Source of the DNA: Spirochaetia bacterium
GTDB lineage: Bacteria > Spirochaetota > Spirochaetia > SZUA-6 > Bin103
NCBI GenBank assembly: GCA_965203905.1
Contig: CBDBDQ010000005.1
Location: forward strand, 4,672,001 to 4,736,000
Reading direction: 5' to 3'
DNA length: 64,000 bases
Shown here: positions 8,705 through 18,790 of the stretch, piece by piece
How positions within the stretch are numbered: position 1 is the stretch's first letter
How the letters are laid out: the number at the start of each line of letters is the position of its first letter
The notes under the pieces: model-generated
What the model was told of the DNA's origin: nothing
The model's input: only the letters and a program-made list of their open reading frames with translations
Databases searched by the model: none
Made by a program: the position numbers and the translations under genes

Positions 8705-9852
8705 CTAACCGGTTCCCAGCAACTTGCGAGCAGTCCCCAGCCGCTGATTCCCGCGAAGATCACCAGGATCGCCGCGGAGACGACTGCTCCGAGCAACATC
8801 GGAAGTCGCGTACGATAGGCGGCCGGAAGCTCGAAGTTGAGGTAGAGCGCGCCCAGCATGATCAGCGCGATCGACAGGTTGGCCAGCACGAACCCCGCGA
8901 TCTGGGTGAGGATGTCGAACGGAACATTCAGCCAGATGATGACGAAGGTGGTGACCAGGATGCAGCCGCTCACATAGCGGCGAATCGTGGCGTAGTTCCA
9001 CTTGCGGTGCGGCCAGATCGCCTGAAACAACTCCTGCGACACGCGGGCGTAGATCTCTGGAAACGCCTGCAGCGTGCCCCACAGCGCGGCGATGATGGCG
9101 ATGTAGCAGACCCAGATCAGCGAGCCGTGGATGTTGCTCCAGACGTGCCGCTGCTCGGTGAGCAGGCTCCAGCCCTTGAACTCGCTTTGCAGCGGGTACA
9201 GCACCGCGGCGCCGGAGATCATGAACGCCGCGGTGACGATGAACAGCACGATCGCCCCCATGGCGACGTCCCAGCGCAGCGGCGCAACGCTCTTGCGCAG
9301 TAGCGCTACATGCTGCGGATCGTCGGGCAGGTAACGAGAGCCGCAGGCCGAAGGCCAGAGCGAAGGTGATGAACAGGCAGGTGATGAGGTTCTCGTAGAT
9401 CGGTTCCGGGACTGCCGCCGGCAGCACGCCGCTGAGCAGGAAGTGGAACAGGTCCCCGCACGGCTTCGCGATCGGCACCCAGGCCAGCGGCGCGCCGATC
9501 ATCTCCAGCGCCACAATCGCCAGCAGCAGCCAGCCACGCGGTCCCGGCAGCCGCACCAGGCGATGGCCTCGCTGCTGACCGCGGTGTAGCGCCCGAGCAG
9601 GTAGGTGACGAACACCCCCTTCACGACGCAACTCAACAGCACCAGCCGCAGCAGCCCGTAACGCGCCCACGCGCCGGCGCGCACCACCACGATCGTCTCT
9701 CCGGCGCCGATGCTGACCGAGGCCACGATCGCGGCCGGACCGAACACCGCGAGCAGGCCGATCACTTTCTTCGCCGACCACGGCTCTGCAAACACGCCGC
9801 CGGGCGGGGGCACTCTCAACTTGGCGATGTCCATGCCGTCACTAGGGGTCAC
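8705..9852 (-). pseudogene. Nramp-like membrane transporter, frameshifted and internally deleted
   Basis: Hydrophobic segments are distributed over three ORF frames (FGPAAIVASVSIGAGE...; LPGPRGWLLLAIVALE...; WDVAMGAIVLFIVTAAFMISGAAVL...). Confidence 0.7.
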
Positions 9853-10211
9853 AGCGGAAGCGGACGTACTCTCACTCTGTCGTCCTCCACCGTCGCTATT
9901 ACTCCTCTGACAACTGCGTCCTCCAGAGTAGGGAGCACCTGTCTGAGTCGGAGATTCACGTTGTCCACGAGGGGGCGCGACAGCCGGAGCGATACGAGAG
10001 ACGGTTTCGTTGTGCGAGTCAGAGCCAGAATACCGGAGAAGCCGAGGTCCTGAGTCAGAATTACCCGGTCGAGTTCAGTTGCCATACGGATGATGTCGCG
10101 ATCCGGGGAATCTGCCGGCAGGACGGAATGAATAGGGATTACATCGTGCCCGGCCAAGTTGAGGAACTGCACCGTACGAGGAGAAATATGAACGTCGGCG
10201 ATCAGCCTCAT
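9849..10211 (-). CDS. DUF5615-type PIN-like toxin
   Basis: MRLIADVHISP..V..L...GHDV, DRVILTQDLGF, RVRVRPLP. Confidence 0.85.
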   Translation of the reverse strand: MRLIADVHISPRTVQFLNLAGHDVIPIHSVLPADSPDRDIIRMATELDRVILTQDLGFSGILALTRTTKPSLVSLRLSRPLVDNVNLRLRQVLPTLEDAVVRGVIATVEDDRVRVRPLPL

Positions 10212-10429
10212 CCAACTGATACGGTGTTATCGCTTGCCAGCCATGCGCCAAACGATGCGCATTCGTAGACGTCGGCAAGCTCCAACACCGGGTACTCGCG
10301 GACTACGTCCTCCGCCGTGTACCCGGCTCCCAGAAGCTTGAGCACGAACTCGACGGTCATGCGAGTGTCCTTTACCGTTGCCTTGCCCTCGCAGATGTTG
10401 GGATCGATGGAAATCCGTTGGAACTCCAT
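10208..10429 (-). CDS. DUF433 family antitoxin
   Basis: RISIDPNICEGKATVKDTRMTV..VL..L.AG.T.EDV..EYP. Overlaps the toxin start (ATGA). Confidence 0.9.
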   Translation of the reverse strand: MEFQRISIDPNICEGKATVKDTRMTVEFVLKLLGAGYTAEDVVREYPVLELADVYECASFGAWLASDNTVSVG

Positions 10430-10608
10430 GGATTTCAGAATACGCCATTTTTGCGCGAGCGCCATCCGGCGCGGGTCTTTGCCGAAGTGCGATATACCGG
10501 GGATGATGACGGCATGATGGCCCGCGGCAGCCCTGAACGCGACGTGGAGGGCGGTTTCAATGCCCGCGGTCGCGTCGTGCGCGCCCGGCACAGGAATTGA
10601 TAGGCGCC

Positions 10609-12246
10609 ATGCGGTCGGGTGAGCGGCGGCCGTCATATGGGCTCGGTGAGCTGAAGGGGGACGTGTTCGGCGGCATCGTGTCCGCGGTGATGATGGTGCC
10701 GGTGGCGCTCGGGTTCGGGATATTGTCCGGGCTCGGTCCGGTGGCGGCATTCTACGGCGCGATCGCGGTTGGTTTCTTGACCGCGGTGCTCGGCGGCGCC
10801 GCCCCCATGATCTCCGGTCCCAGCGCGATCGTGACCATCTTCACGGCGGTCATCATCGGCAGCTACGCCGACAGCATGGCCGAGGCGTTCACCATCGTCA
10901 TGCTGGCCGGGCTGATGCAGATCCTGTTCGGCGCGCTGCGACTCGGCCGGTTCATCAACTGGCTGCCGTTCTCGGTGGTGCGCGGGGTCTTCGTCGGCGT
11001 CGGCGGCTACATCTTCATGACCCAGACGCTCTGGTTCCTCGGCGCTCCGGTGGAGCCCGGGATCGGGGTGGTGGCCATCATCGCCTCGTGGCCGCGGGCG
11101 GTGGCCAACCTCAACCTGGATGCGTTCGCGGTGGCCACCATCTCGCTGCTCGTGTTCATGCTGTGGCCGGCCCGGCTGCACCGGGTGGTGCCCAACGCGC
11201 TGGTGGCGCTGATCGTCAGCACCGTCGCCGGAGCGCTGTGGTTCGATTCGGCGGTCCGGATCGGCGCGCCGCGGATCGGCTTTCCGGCCATCCAGATGCC
11301 GATTCTCACCACCTCCGTGCTGGTGGATGCAATCCAGCCCGCCCTGATCCTGGCGTTCCTCAGCTCCATCTACAACCTGCTGACGGCGCTGATCATCGAC
11401 CCCATCGCGGGGCGCAACCACAAGCCCAACCGCGAGCTGTTCGGGCTGGGGGTGGGCAACATCGCCGCCGGCCTCATCGGTGCGCTGCCGGGCGCGGCGT
11501 CGGCGCCGTGCTCGCTGCTGGCGGCCAGGTCGGGCGGGCGCACGCCGGTCACGGGCGTGGTCTGCGCCGCGGTGCTGCTGGGCGTGCTGTTCGGACTGGG
11601 GAGCGCCCTGGCGTGGATTCCCAACGCCGCCTTCGCCGGAATCCTGATCAAGGTCGGCTGGGACATGATGGACGTGCGCTTCCTGCGCCGTATCCCGAAG
11701 CTGGCGCCCGACATCGGCCTGGTGACGTTGCTGACGGCGGCTCTGTCCACGTTCGTGGACGTGATCTCGGCCATCGCGGTGGGGTTCTTCATCTCGGGCA
11801 TGGCCTACGCGATGCGGTCCCAGCGCCAGGAGATCAATCAGACGATCTCGACGCCGCTGCTGGACATGGTCCTGTTCGGTGACCTGCCGGCCGATGCCGA
11901 TCCGTACCGCGCGCGGGTGGGATTGCTGTCGCTGCGCGGCCGCTACTCGATCGCGTCCGCACGCGAGATCGTGCGCGTCATCAGCCCGGACCTGGCCGAA
12001 CACGAGGTGGTGATATTCGACTTCACCGAGACCGAGGCGATGGACGACAACGCGGCGCTGGCGATGGAGGAACTGATCAACGGCAGTGTTCTCGGCCAGG
12101 ACAAGGGTTGCATCGTGGCGGGCCTGTCCGCCGATCTGCAAAAGACGCTCACGGCCCTGGGTGTTTTCGACCGTCTCCCGGAAGAGTCGTTCGCGGTGGA
12201 CCTGGACGAGGCGAAACGGGCCGTGGCGCAAATGCTGCGCACGTGA
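10609..12246 (+). CDS. SulP/SLC26 anion transporter with STAS domain
   Basis: GDVFGGIVSAVMMVPVALGFG, ISGPS, NRELFGLGVGN, SGGRT, and a C-terminal STAS-like domain. Confidence 0.93.
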   Translation: MRSGERRPSYGLGELKGDVFGGIVSAVMMVPVALGFGILSGLGPVAAFYGAIAVGFLTAVLGGAAPMISGPSAIVTIFTAVIIGSYADSMAEAFTIVMLAGLMQILFGALRLGRFINWLPFSVVRGVFVGVGGYIFMTQTLWFLGAPVEPGIGVVAIIASWPRAVANLNLDAFAVATISLLVFMLWPARLHRVVPNALVALIVSTVAGALWFDSAVRIGAPRIGFPAIQMPILTTSVLVDAIQPALILAFLSSIYNLLTALIIDPIAGRNHKPNRELFGLGVGNIAAGLIGALPGAASAPCSLLAARSGGRTPVTGVVCAAVLLGVLFGLGSALAWIPNAAFAGILIKVGWDMMDVRFLRRIPKLAPDIGLVTLLTAALSTFVDVISAIAVGFFISGMAYAMRSQRQEINQTISTPLLDMVLFGDLPADADPYRARVGLLSLRGRYSIASAREIVRVISPDLAEHEVVIFDFTETEAMDDNAALAMEELINGSVLGQDKGCIVAGLSADLQKTLTALGVFDRLPEESFAVDLDEAKRAVAQMLRT

Positions 12247-12313
12247 GGTGCGGTCGAGCGGGCTGACCGGACGCTGGCGGCCGCGGCGCGTGGCGTGGCG
12301 AGGCTGTGCCCGC

Positions 12314-14269
12314 TCAGTCGGATTCCGGCGCTTTCGTGAGACGGCGTTCGTTGCCTACCCGGAGCGTTACGCCCTCGCGGTCGAGCTGCTCCAGGAGCGG
12401 CACGATGACACGCCGGTTGGTGCCGACCGCCGTGCGCAGGGCGCTGGTGGTGCCGCTGCGGTGGCGGCGCAGGAAGGCGATTACCGCGCCGCACGCCTGG
12501 CGGTAGACGGCCGCTGCGAGCACGACTTCGCTGCTGAGGGCCACCACCTCGCCGGCCCCGATCAAGTATTCGAGCACCGTGCGGCCCTCGCGGCTGGCGC
12601 TGAGCTGGCCGCGTCCGGGGGGCGCCAGCGGGTTGGCCGCGAGGGCGGTGCGCATGGCCGCCGCCGCACGCTCAAGTCCGGCCGGCAGGGCGGCGGCGTG
12701 GCCTGGTGGGCTCACTTCGGTGCCGGCGCGTCGATAACCGCGCCGCTGCAACTCGGCGAGCACCGCGTCCAGTACCCCTGCCGGAACTCCGGCTCGGCGG
12801 CCGGCGAGTCCGGCGCGGACGCTGGCGACCGGAACCCCGGTGCGCTCGGGATGGCGCTGCAGCGCGGCGGAGATTGCCTTGGCCGCCGCGTCCACGCGGC
12901 CGGCGAACCACGCGGCATCGGCCGCGAAGGCGCCGAACAGCCGCAGGGCGCCTGCCTCGGCCAGGGCATCGGCGGCGCGTTTCACCTCTCCGTCGCCGGC
13001 CGGCAGCAGGCGTGCCAGGGCGTTGAGATCGACTGCGCCGTCGGCGGCCGTCCGCGACCGGACTATGGTTGCGAGGTGCTCGGGCGCGGCTGCGGCGGCG
13101 TGCAGCAGGGTGTGCTGGACCGGGTCCCGCAGCGGGCGCCGGGGCAGCGGATCGAGAATCACGCCGCCGGCCAGCGTGTGCCGCTGCGACCAGTCGCGCA
13201 GCACCAGGCGGTCGCCGATCAGGAACGGGCGCGGCTCGTCGAGCTGGATGCGCGCCAGGGCCGCGGCCCCCGGCGGCAGGCCGGCCTTGGCGCAGGCCGG
13301 CTCCAGGCGCACGGTCGCGGCGACGTTGGCGGTGCCGTGGTGCAGGCGTACGCGGGCGCCGTCGCGGAGCAGGGGAGCGGCGCGGTCATCGGCGGTGCGG
13401 GCGCTGCGGGTGAGCCGCGCATCGAAGAGGGTGCCGGTGGTCACCGTCCGCGGGAGGGTCACCACGTCGCCACGGCGGAGCGGCCGTCCACCGCCGCGGG
13501 CGGAGCGGGACGAGGACAGGTTCAGCGCCACCCGCGTGGCGGGGCCGACGCGGTCGGCGGCACGGTTGAAGCTCTCCACCGCGCGGATGCGGGTGCGCTC
13601 GCCGCCGGGCCACACCTCCACCTCCTGGCCACGCTGCAGTGCGCCGCCCGCGAGCGTGCCGGTGACCACGGTGCCGGCACCGGACATGGTGAAGGTGCGG
13701 TCGACGGCCAGGCGTGGGGTGCCGGCAGCCACGGCGGGCGCCAGCGGCACCAGCAGGTCTGTCATGCTGCCCCGCAGCTCATCCAGTCCGATGTTGCGCA
13801 GCGGCGATACCGCTACGACGGGGCAGTCCGCGAACCCGGTTCCGGCAGTTCTCCGCCGCACCTCGTCGATGCGCGGACCGGGGTTGGGCACCAGGTCGCA
13901 CTTGGTCAGGGCGACGATCCTGGCGCGGGCGCCCAGGTACTCGACGATCTGCAGGTGCTCCTCGGTCTGCGGCATCCAGCCTTCGTTGGCCGCCACTACC
14001 AGGATGGCCAGGTCCACGGCGCCGACCCCGGCGACCATGTTCTTGACGAAGTCCTCGTGGCCGGGAACGTCGACGATGCCGACCTGCAGGGTAAGATCGC
14101 GCCCCGCCACCGGCAGGTCGACGTGGGCGAAGCCGAGTTCGATGGTGATGCCGCGGCGCTTCTCCTCGGGCAGGCGGTCGGGGTCGACGCCGGTCAGCGC
14201 CTGCACCAATGCGCTTTTGCCGTGATCGATGTGACCGGCCGTGGCGGCGATGTAGTGACGGATCTTCAT
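12314..14269 (-). CDS. selB: Selenocysteine-specific elongation factor SelB
   Basis: [35 protein letters not shown], and a C-terminal winged-helix region ([21 protein letters not shown]). ATG overlaps the selA stop. Confidence 0.97.
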   Translation of the reverse strand: MKIRHYIAATAGHIDHGKSALVQALTGVDPDRLPEEKRRGITIELGFAHVDLPVAGRDLTLQVGIVDVPGHEDFVKNMVAGVGAVDLAILVVAANEGWMPQTEEHLQIVEYLGARARIVALTKCDLVPNPGPRIDEVRRRTAGTGFADCPVVAVSPLRNIGLDELRGSMTDLLVPLAPAVAAGTPRLAVDRTFTMSGAGTVVTGTLAGGALQRGQEVEVWPGGERTRIRAVESFNRAADRVGPATRVALNLSSSRSARGGGRPLRRGDVVTLPRTVTTGTLFDARLTRSARTADDRAAPLLRDGARVRLHHGTANVAATVRLEPACAKAGLPPGAAALARIQLDEPRPFLIGDRLVLRDWSQRHTLAGGVILDPLPRRPLRDPVQHTLLHAAAAAPEHLATIVRSRTAADGAVDLNALARLLPAGDGEVKRAADALAEAGALRLFGAFAADAAWFAGRVDAAAKAISAALQRHPERTGVPVASVRAGLAGRRAGVPAGVLDAVLAELQRRGYRRAGTEVSPPGHAAALPAGLERAAAAMRTALAANPLAPPGRGQLSASREGRTVLEYLIGAGEVVALSSEVVLAAAVYRQACGAVIAFLRRHRSGTTSALRTAVGTNRRVIVPLLEQLDREGVTLRVGNERRLTKAPESD

Positions 14270-15708
14270 CGTGGGGCCGGCTCGCCGGCGCGACTCCGCA
14301 CCGCGGTCGCCGCCGCGGCGAGAGCGCGCGTGAGTGGCTCGTCCTGGGACGGCAGCACGGTGCGCAGATCGAGCACTACCCGGCCGCGCTGGATGTACCC
14401 TACCACCGGTGGGGTCGCGCGCCGCAGCGCTGCGGCCAGGGTTTCCGCGTCCTGCGCCGGCGCGGGCCGCAGCGCCAGGCCGGAGGAGGGCAGGGTGCCG
14501 GTCGGCAGGGTGCCGCCCCCGAGGCGGCTGACGCAGTCGACCGGCGCCGCCTCCAGTTGCTCCGGCAACCGCCGCAGGATGGCCGCCGCCCGGCGTTGCA
14601 GGTCCGCTGCCGGGATCCGGATCAGACCCTCCAGTGGCACCACCGGCGAGTTCCCCAGGTGTGCCTCCACGGTGTGCTGCAGAAGTGCCAGTCCCACCTT
14701 GTCCAGGCGCAGGGCGCGGAACAGCGGATGGCGCTTCAGGCGCGCCACCCACGCCGCGTCGCCCGCCACCACTCCGGCCTGCGGTCCGCCGAACAGCTTG
14801 TCGCCGCTGAAGCACACCAGCGTGGCGCCGCCGGCCAGCACCTCCTGCGGCAGCGGCTCCCGCGGCAGGCCGGTAGCGGCGTCGGTCGGCGTAACCGCGC
14901 CGCTGCCCAGGTCCACCACCAGCGGCACGCCGGCGCCGGCCGCGGCATCGCGCAGCTCGGCCAGCCGCGGCGCGGCCACGAAACCCTCCATCACGAAGTT
15001 GCTGCGATGCACCGACAGCAGCGCCGCGGTGCGGGAACCACAGGCGGCGGAGTAGTCCGCAACGGTGGTCTGGTTGGTGGTTCCGACCTCGCGCAGGCGG
15101 CCGCCCGCGGCGATGAGAATATCGGGAATGCGGAAGCCGCCTCCGATCTGGATCAGCTCGCCCCGTGAGACCACCACCTCGCGCCGCTCGGGATCATCGC
15201 TGACGGCGGCCACCACCAGCAGCAGCGCGGCCGCGCAGTTGTTGACCACGGTCGCGGCCGGCGCCCGGCACAGGGCCGCCAGCGCCTGTTCCACGTAGCG
15301 CCCGCGGCTGCCGCGCTCCCCGGTGGCGAGGTCCAGCTCCAGGTTCGTATAGGCTCCGGCCACCGGGACGAGGGTGTCGATCGCCGCTCCCAGCGGCGCC
15401 CGCCCCAGATTGGTATGCAGCAGCACGCCGGTGGCGTTGATCACCGGCCGCAGGCGCGCATCGGCCAGCCGCTCGGCGGCGCCGCGTACGCGGGCGACGA
15501 TCGCGGCGCGCTCCGGCACCGGGGCCGCGGTCCGCACCCCCTCCAGCTCGCGCCGCACCAGGTCGGCGCACAGCGGATGCGGCAGCCCCAGATCGGCCAG
15601 GCATTCGATCAACTCGTTGACCGGCGGAATCGCCGCGAGCGGGTTGCGTGACCTGGACGGAGCGCCCGGATCCGGCTGCGCCGGGCCGCCGTTGTTGCCG
15701 CTGCTCAT
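14266..15708 (-). CDS. selA: L-seryl-tRNA(Sec) selenium transferase SelA
   Basis: VINATGVLLHTNLGRAPL, VSRGELIQIGGGFRIPD, DLGSG, FSGDKLFGGPQAG (PLP lysine). Confidence 0.97.
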   Translation of the reverse strand: MSSGNNGGPAQPDPGAPSRSRNPLAAIPPVNELIECLADLGLPHPLCADLVRRELEGVRTAAPVPERAAIVARVRGAAERLADARLRPVINATGVLLHTNLGRAPLGAAIDTLVPVAGAYTNLELDLATGERGSRGRYVEQALAALCRAPAATVVNNCAAALLLVVAAVSDDPERREVVVSRGELIQIGGGFRIPDILIAAGGRLREVGTTNQTTVADYSAACGSRTAALLSVHRSNFVMEGFVAAPRLAELRDAAAGAGVPLVVDLGSGAVTPTDAATGLPREPLPQEVLAGGATLVCFSGDKLFGGPQAGVVAGDAAWVARLKRHPLFRALRLDKVGLALLQHTVEAHLGNSPVVPLEGLIRIPAADLQRRAAAILRRLPEQLEAAPVDCVSRLGGGTLPTGTLPSSGLALRPAPAQDAETLAAALRRATPPVVGYIQRGRVVLDLRTVLPSQDEPLTRALAAAATAVRSRAGEPAPR

Positions 15709-15771
15709 CGCGCTGCCGAGGCTATCACAAACACGGCCGAACGATTGAATCTGCCGGTAGCGCCCGGCGCG

Positions 15772-16824
15772 TCATGGCGCCGGCCGCACCACCAGGGATT
15801 TGCCGCCGGGCCGGGTAATCCGCCCCACGACCGCCTCCAAGGCTCCGTGAGTCGAGAGTACGGCGCGCGCCCGGCCCAGCAGGTCCTCGCCGACACACAA
15901 CAGGAGCCCGCCACTGGTCTGGGCGTCGGCGAGCAGCGTACGGGTATCCTCGGGACATGCGCCCCAGTCCACCGTCGCCGCCGCCGCGGCCAGATTGTCG
16001 GCGCTTCCTCCGGGAACGCATCCGTCGGCGATCAGATCCGGGACCACGGGGTCGATCACGGGAACCCGGTCGTACCACAACTCCGCACCGCAGCCGCTCG
16101 CCGCGCAAAGGTCGGCGAGGTGGCCGGTGAGCCCGAACCCGGTGACGTCGGTGGCAGCGACGACTCCCGCCGCCGCCAGGTCGGCCCCCGCGCTGTTGAG
16201 CAGCGTCATGCTGCGTACCGCCCGCTCCACCACCTCCGGTGCCACGTGACCGCGCTTCAGGGCCGTGGTCACGATCCCCGTGCCCAGCGGCTTGGTAAGC
16301 ACGAGGTAGTCCCCCGGCCGGGCCGCGGCCTTGGTCAGCAACCGATCCGGGTGCACTACACCCGTGACGGCAAGCCCGTACACCGGCTCCGGGTTGCGCA
16401 CCGTGTGCCCGCCGACGGTTGCGCAGCCCGCCTCCTGTACGGCATCGCCGCCCCCCCGCAGGATCTCCACCACCACCTCCTCCGGCACCTTGTCCGGCGG
16501 GTAGCCCAGGATGTTGAGTGCCGTGACCGGCCGCCCTCCCATGGCATACACGTCCGAGAGGGCGTTGGCGCTGGCGATGCGGCCGTAGGTGTAGCCGTCG
16601 TCGACGATGGGCGTGAAGAAGTCCACCGTCTGCACCAGGGCACGCTCGGCGTCGAGCCGGTAGACCCCGGCATCGTCGCCGGCCGCGGAACCCACCAGCA
16701 CCGCAGGATGGTCGAACGTCGGAAGCTGGCCCAGGACCTGGACCAGTGCCTGCTGGCTCAGCTTGGCAGCTCACCCGGCACAGGAGGACAGCGCGGTAAG
16801 TTGAAAGATCTCCTCGCGAGTCAC
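15772..16824 (-). CDS. selD: Selenide, water dikinase SelD, selenoprotein form (UGA at codon 18)
   Basis: GTG 16824 gives MTREEIFQLTALSSCAG-UGA-AAKLSQQAL..., in frame with DDAGVY, QTVDFFTPIVDD, TDVTGFGL and DAQTSGGLL. UGA at 16773-16771 occupies the catalytic Cys/Sec position. Confidence 0.95.
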
Positions 16825-17209
16825 TCGATATCACCCCCCCTGGCCACGAAATTCACGGAACTGGTGCCCCGCTTGTCAGCCGTCACTCAGGGCGCGTTAC
16901 GGTACCACAGAACGGCGAAGCTGCCCGGTGTCGCGACATCACCGCGCGCGTCTCCGGTACCATGCGCCTCATGCGTTACCCGCGCTCGCATCTCGCTCCA
17001 GTAACGCTGCTGATAGGCGTGTTCCTCGGCGGCTGCTCGGGCAATCCTCCGGAGCCGGCGGATGCGCTGACGTTCACCTTCGACTTCAATCGTGGAGCAC
17101 AGCGATTCGCCGCAGCTCTGCATCGGACTGGCGATTGATGGTATCGTATCCGAGGGTGAGTGATCGCCTACTATACGGTCCCATCCGGGGACACGCTGGA
17201 GGTAGCAGC

Positions 17210-17500
17210 ATGAGTGAGACGGCGTTGGTCAGGCTTGTTGTGCGTGGCGAGGAGTCGAAGCACTGGGGCGACCCGAACGGGTGGGATGCCGCGACAGTGG
17301 TCGACAATTTACGGCGCGAGGGCTTTGTGGAGCGAACGGGCCAACCCGAAGCGTTGGTTGCGGTGACCGAGCTTCATGCGAACGGCTACGGTGCACCGTT
17401 GGCCGAGGGTAAACCGGAGCCTGCCTGGTGGTACGTGGGGGAAGGAGGCTGGGATGAAACCGTGACAGCGCTGGAGAAGGCGTTGACCCCGGAGGGATGA
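17210..17500 (+). CDS. Hypothetical protein
   Basis: GGAGG RBS before ATG 17210 and globular-looking composition. First of three abutting small ORFs. Confidence 0.55.
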   Translation: MSETALVRLVVRGEESKHWGDPNGWDAATVVDNLRREGFVERTGQPEALVAVTELHANGYGAPLAEGKPEPAWWYVGEGGWDETVTALEKALTPEG

Positions 17501-17725
17501 TTGATGGTGGTCGTGTTCACGCTGTTCTGCTGCTTGGTGGTCGGCGCGGTGCTGGCGTTTTTTATGGGCATGGGGTACATGGAGAGCGTTACCGTGGCGG
17601 TGGTCGTGTTCGGGGTGCTGATCGTGGGGTTGTTGGCGGTGGTGATCCAGTTCCTGCACGGTCTATTGGAGACCCTGCGCGTGCCAAAGGTAATACTTGA
17701 GAAGCGGGACGGGGGCGATGGTTGA
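17501..17725 (+). CDS. Small two-TM hypothetical membrane protein
   Basis: Two long hydrophobic stretches. Abuts the previous ORF. Confidence 0.55.
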   Translation: MMVVVFTLFCCLVVGAVLAFFMGMGYMESVTVAVVVFGVLIVGLLAVVIQFLHGLLETLRVPKVILEKRDGGDG

Positions 17726-17949
17726 CGAGGTGTAGGATGGGGCGATATGAGAGCGTTTCGCGTTATAGCAGAGCTGGGAAGATCAGGTCCGCTCATCGTA
17801 GCACAGGAATTGTGTTCTCAGACGATGGCCGCTGCATCCTCTTTCGCGACGAGATAGAGGAGGTTTTCGCGGTGGTGTCGCTGGCCAATGTCGTGACGGT
17901 GTACAAGGTGGACGATGATACTGAGTACGACCAAACAGGTGTTTACTGA
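17722..17949 (+). CDS. Small hypothetical protein
   Basis: Overlaps the previous stop. Lower GC. Start could be ATG 17738-ish. Confidence 0.4.
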   Translation: MTRCRMGRYESVSRYSRAGKIRSAHRSTGIVFSDDGRCILFRDEIEEVFAVVSLANVVTVYKVDDDTEYDQTGVY

Positions 17950-18534
17950 CTGAAGGCTGCGGGGATCCCTGAGCACCAGGAAGTCGGCTTTGACTACAAC
18001 CGTAGTTGAGGCTTCGGTGGGTGGATAGGTCCTCGACGAAACCCGAACCAAAACCGGTGCAAACGAACCGGGCCGACCGCAGATCGGGGATCGACAAATG
18101 ATCACCACCAAGCGCTCCCGGCGACTGGGGGCACGGCTGGCCGCGAACGCGGAAATCAGCCGAAGGGACCGGGCCGCAAGCGCCGCGACCGTGTCGACAA
18201 GCGCGACCAGGCGGCCGCGGAGCTACGCGCGGCGCCACCGATCCCGGATTGCCTGGTTGAGTTCCTGGAGCTCTCGAAGGGCGAGCGCGACGGCGAGCTG
18301 GTGACCATGCTGCCGTGGCACCGCGAGTACCTAGAGTAGATGACTGCGTAGATGGCAGTCGCCAACGGACCGAGCAGCCCCGCGAGCAGCGATGCCGCAA
18401 CCGTCGCGCGCGCCAGCACCGCGGCGGCGTCCCAGGTTGCGCGGACGTAGCCCAGCCGGCGCAGCTGCCGGCAGGCCAGCGCCAGGGGCATGCCTGCCGG
18501 CGCCACTACGATCAGCGACAGATAGGAACGATAT

Positions 18535-18630
18535 CGGAGAGGGTAGGAATCGAACCCACCTCGCCCTGCATCGGCAGGGTCGACAACGGTTTTGAAGACC
18601 GCGGGGACCACCAGGCACCCATCACTCTCC
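18535..18630 (-). tRNA. selC: tRNA-Sec (anticodon UCA), CCA not encoded
   Basis: GGAGAGTG...GCGGT-CTTCAAA-ACCGT anticodon arm, long variable arm CCCTGC-CGAT-GCAGGG, T-loop TTCGATT, G discriminator. Same strand as, and upstream of, selD-selA-selB. Confidence 0.97.
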
Positions 18631-18790
18631 TGCGGCGGAGCGTGGGCCCCGCGCCGGTAGAGGGTATCGCAACCGGGCAAGCGCGCATACCGGGCTGGCC
18701 GGGTGGCGGGATCCTCCCGCTCTAACGGCGACGGAGTTCGTTGTTCATTTTGCGGTAGCCAGGGGCGTGGGGCTGGATTACGGTTGGCGC

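Noticed and set aside
12086-15055. Very long + strand ORF (989 aa) and similar long antisense ORFs elsewhere
   Set aside because: These are shadow frames opposite well-supported genes (selB/selA etc.), expected at high GC.
17147-17167. TATCCGAGGGTGAGTGATCG as a degenerate att copy of the tRNA-Sec 3' end
   Set aside because: It requires several mismatches and gaps over about 20 nt and cannot be distinguished from chance.
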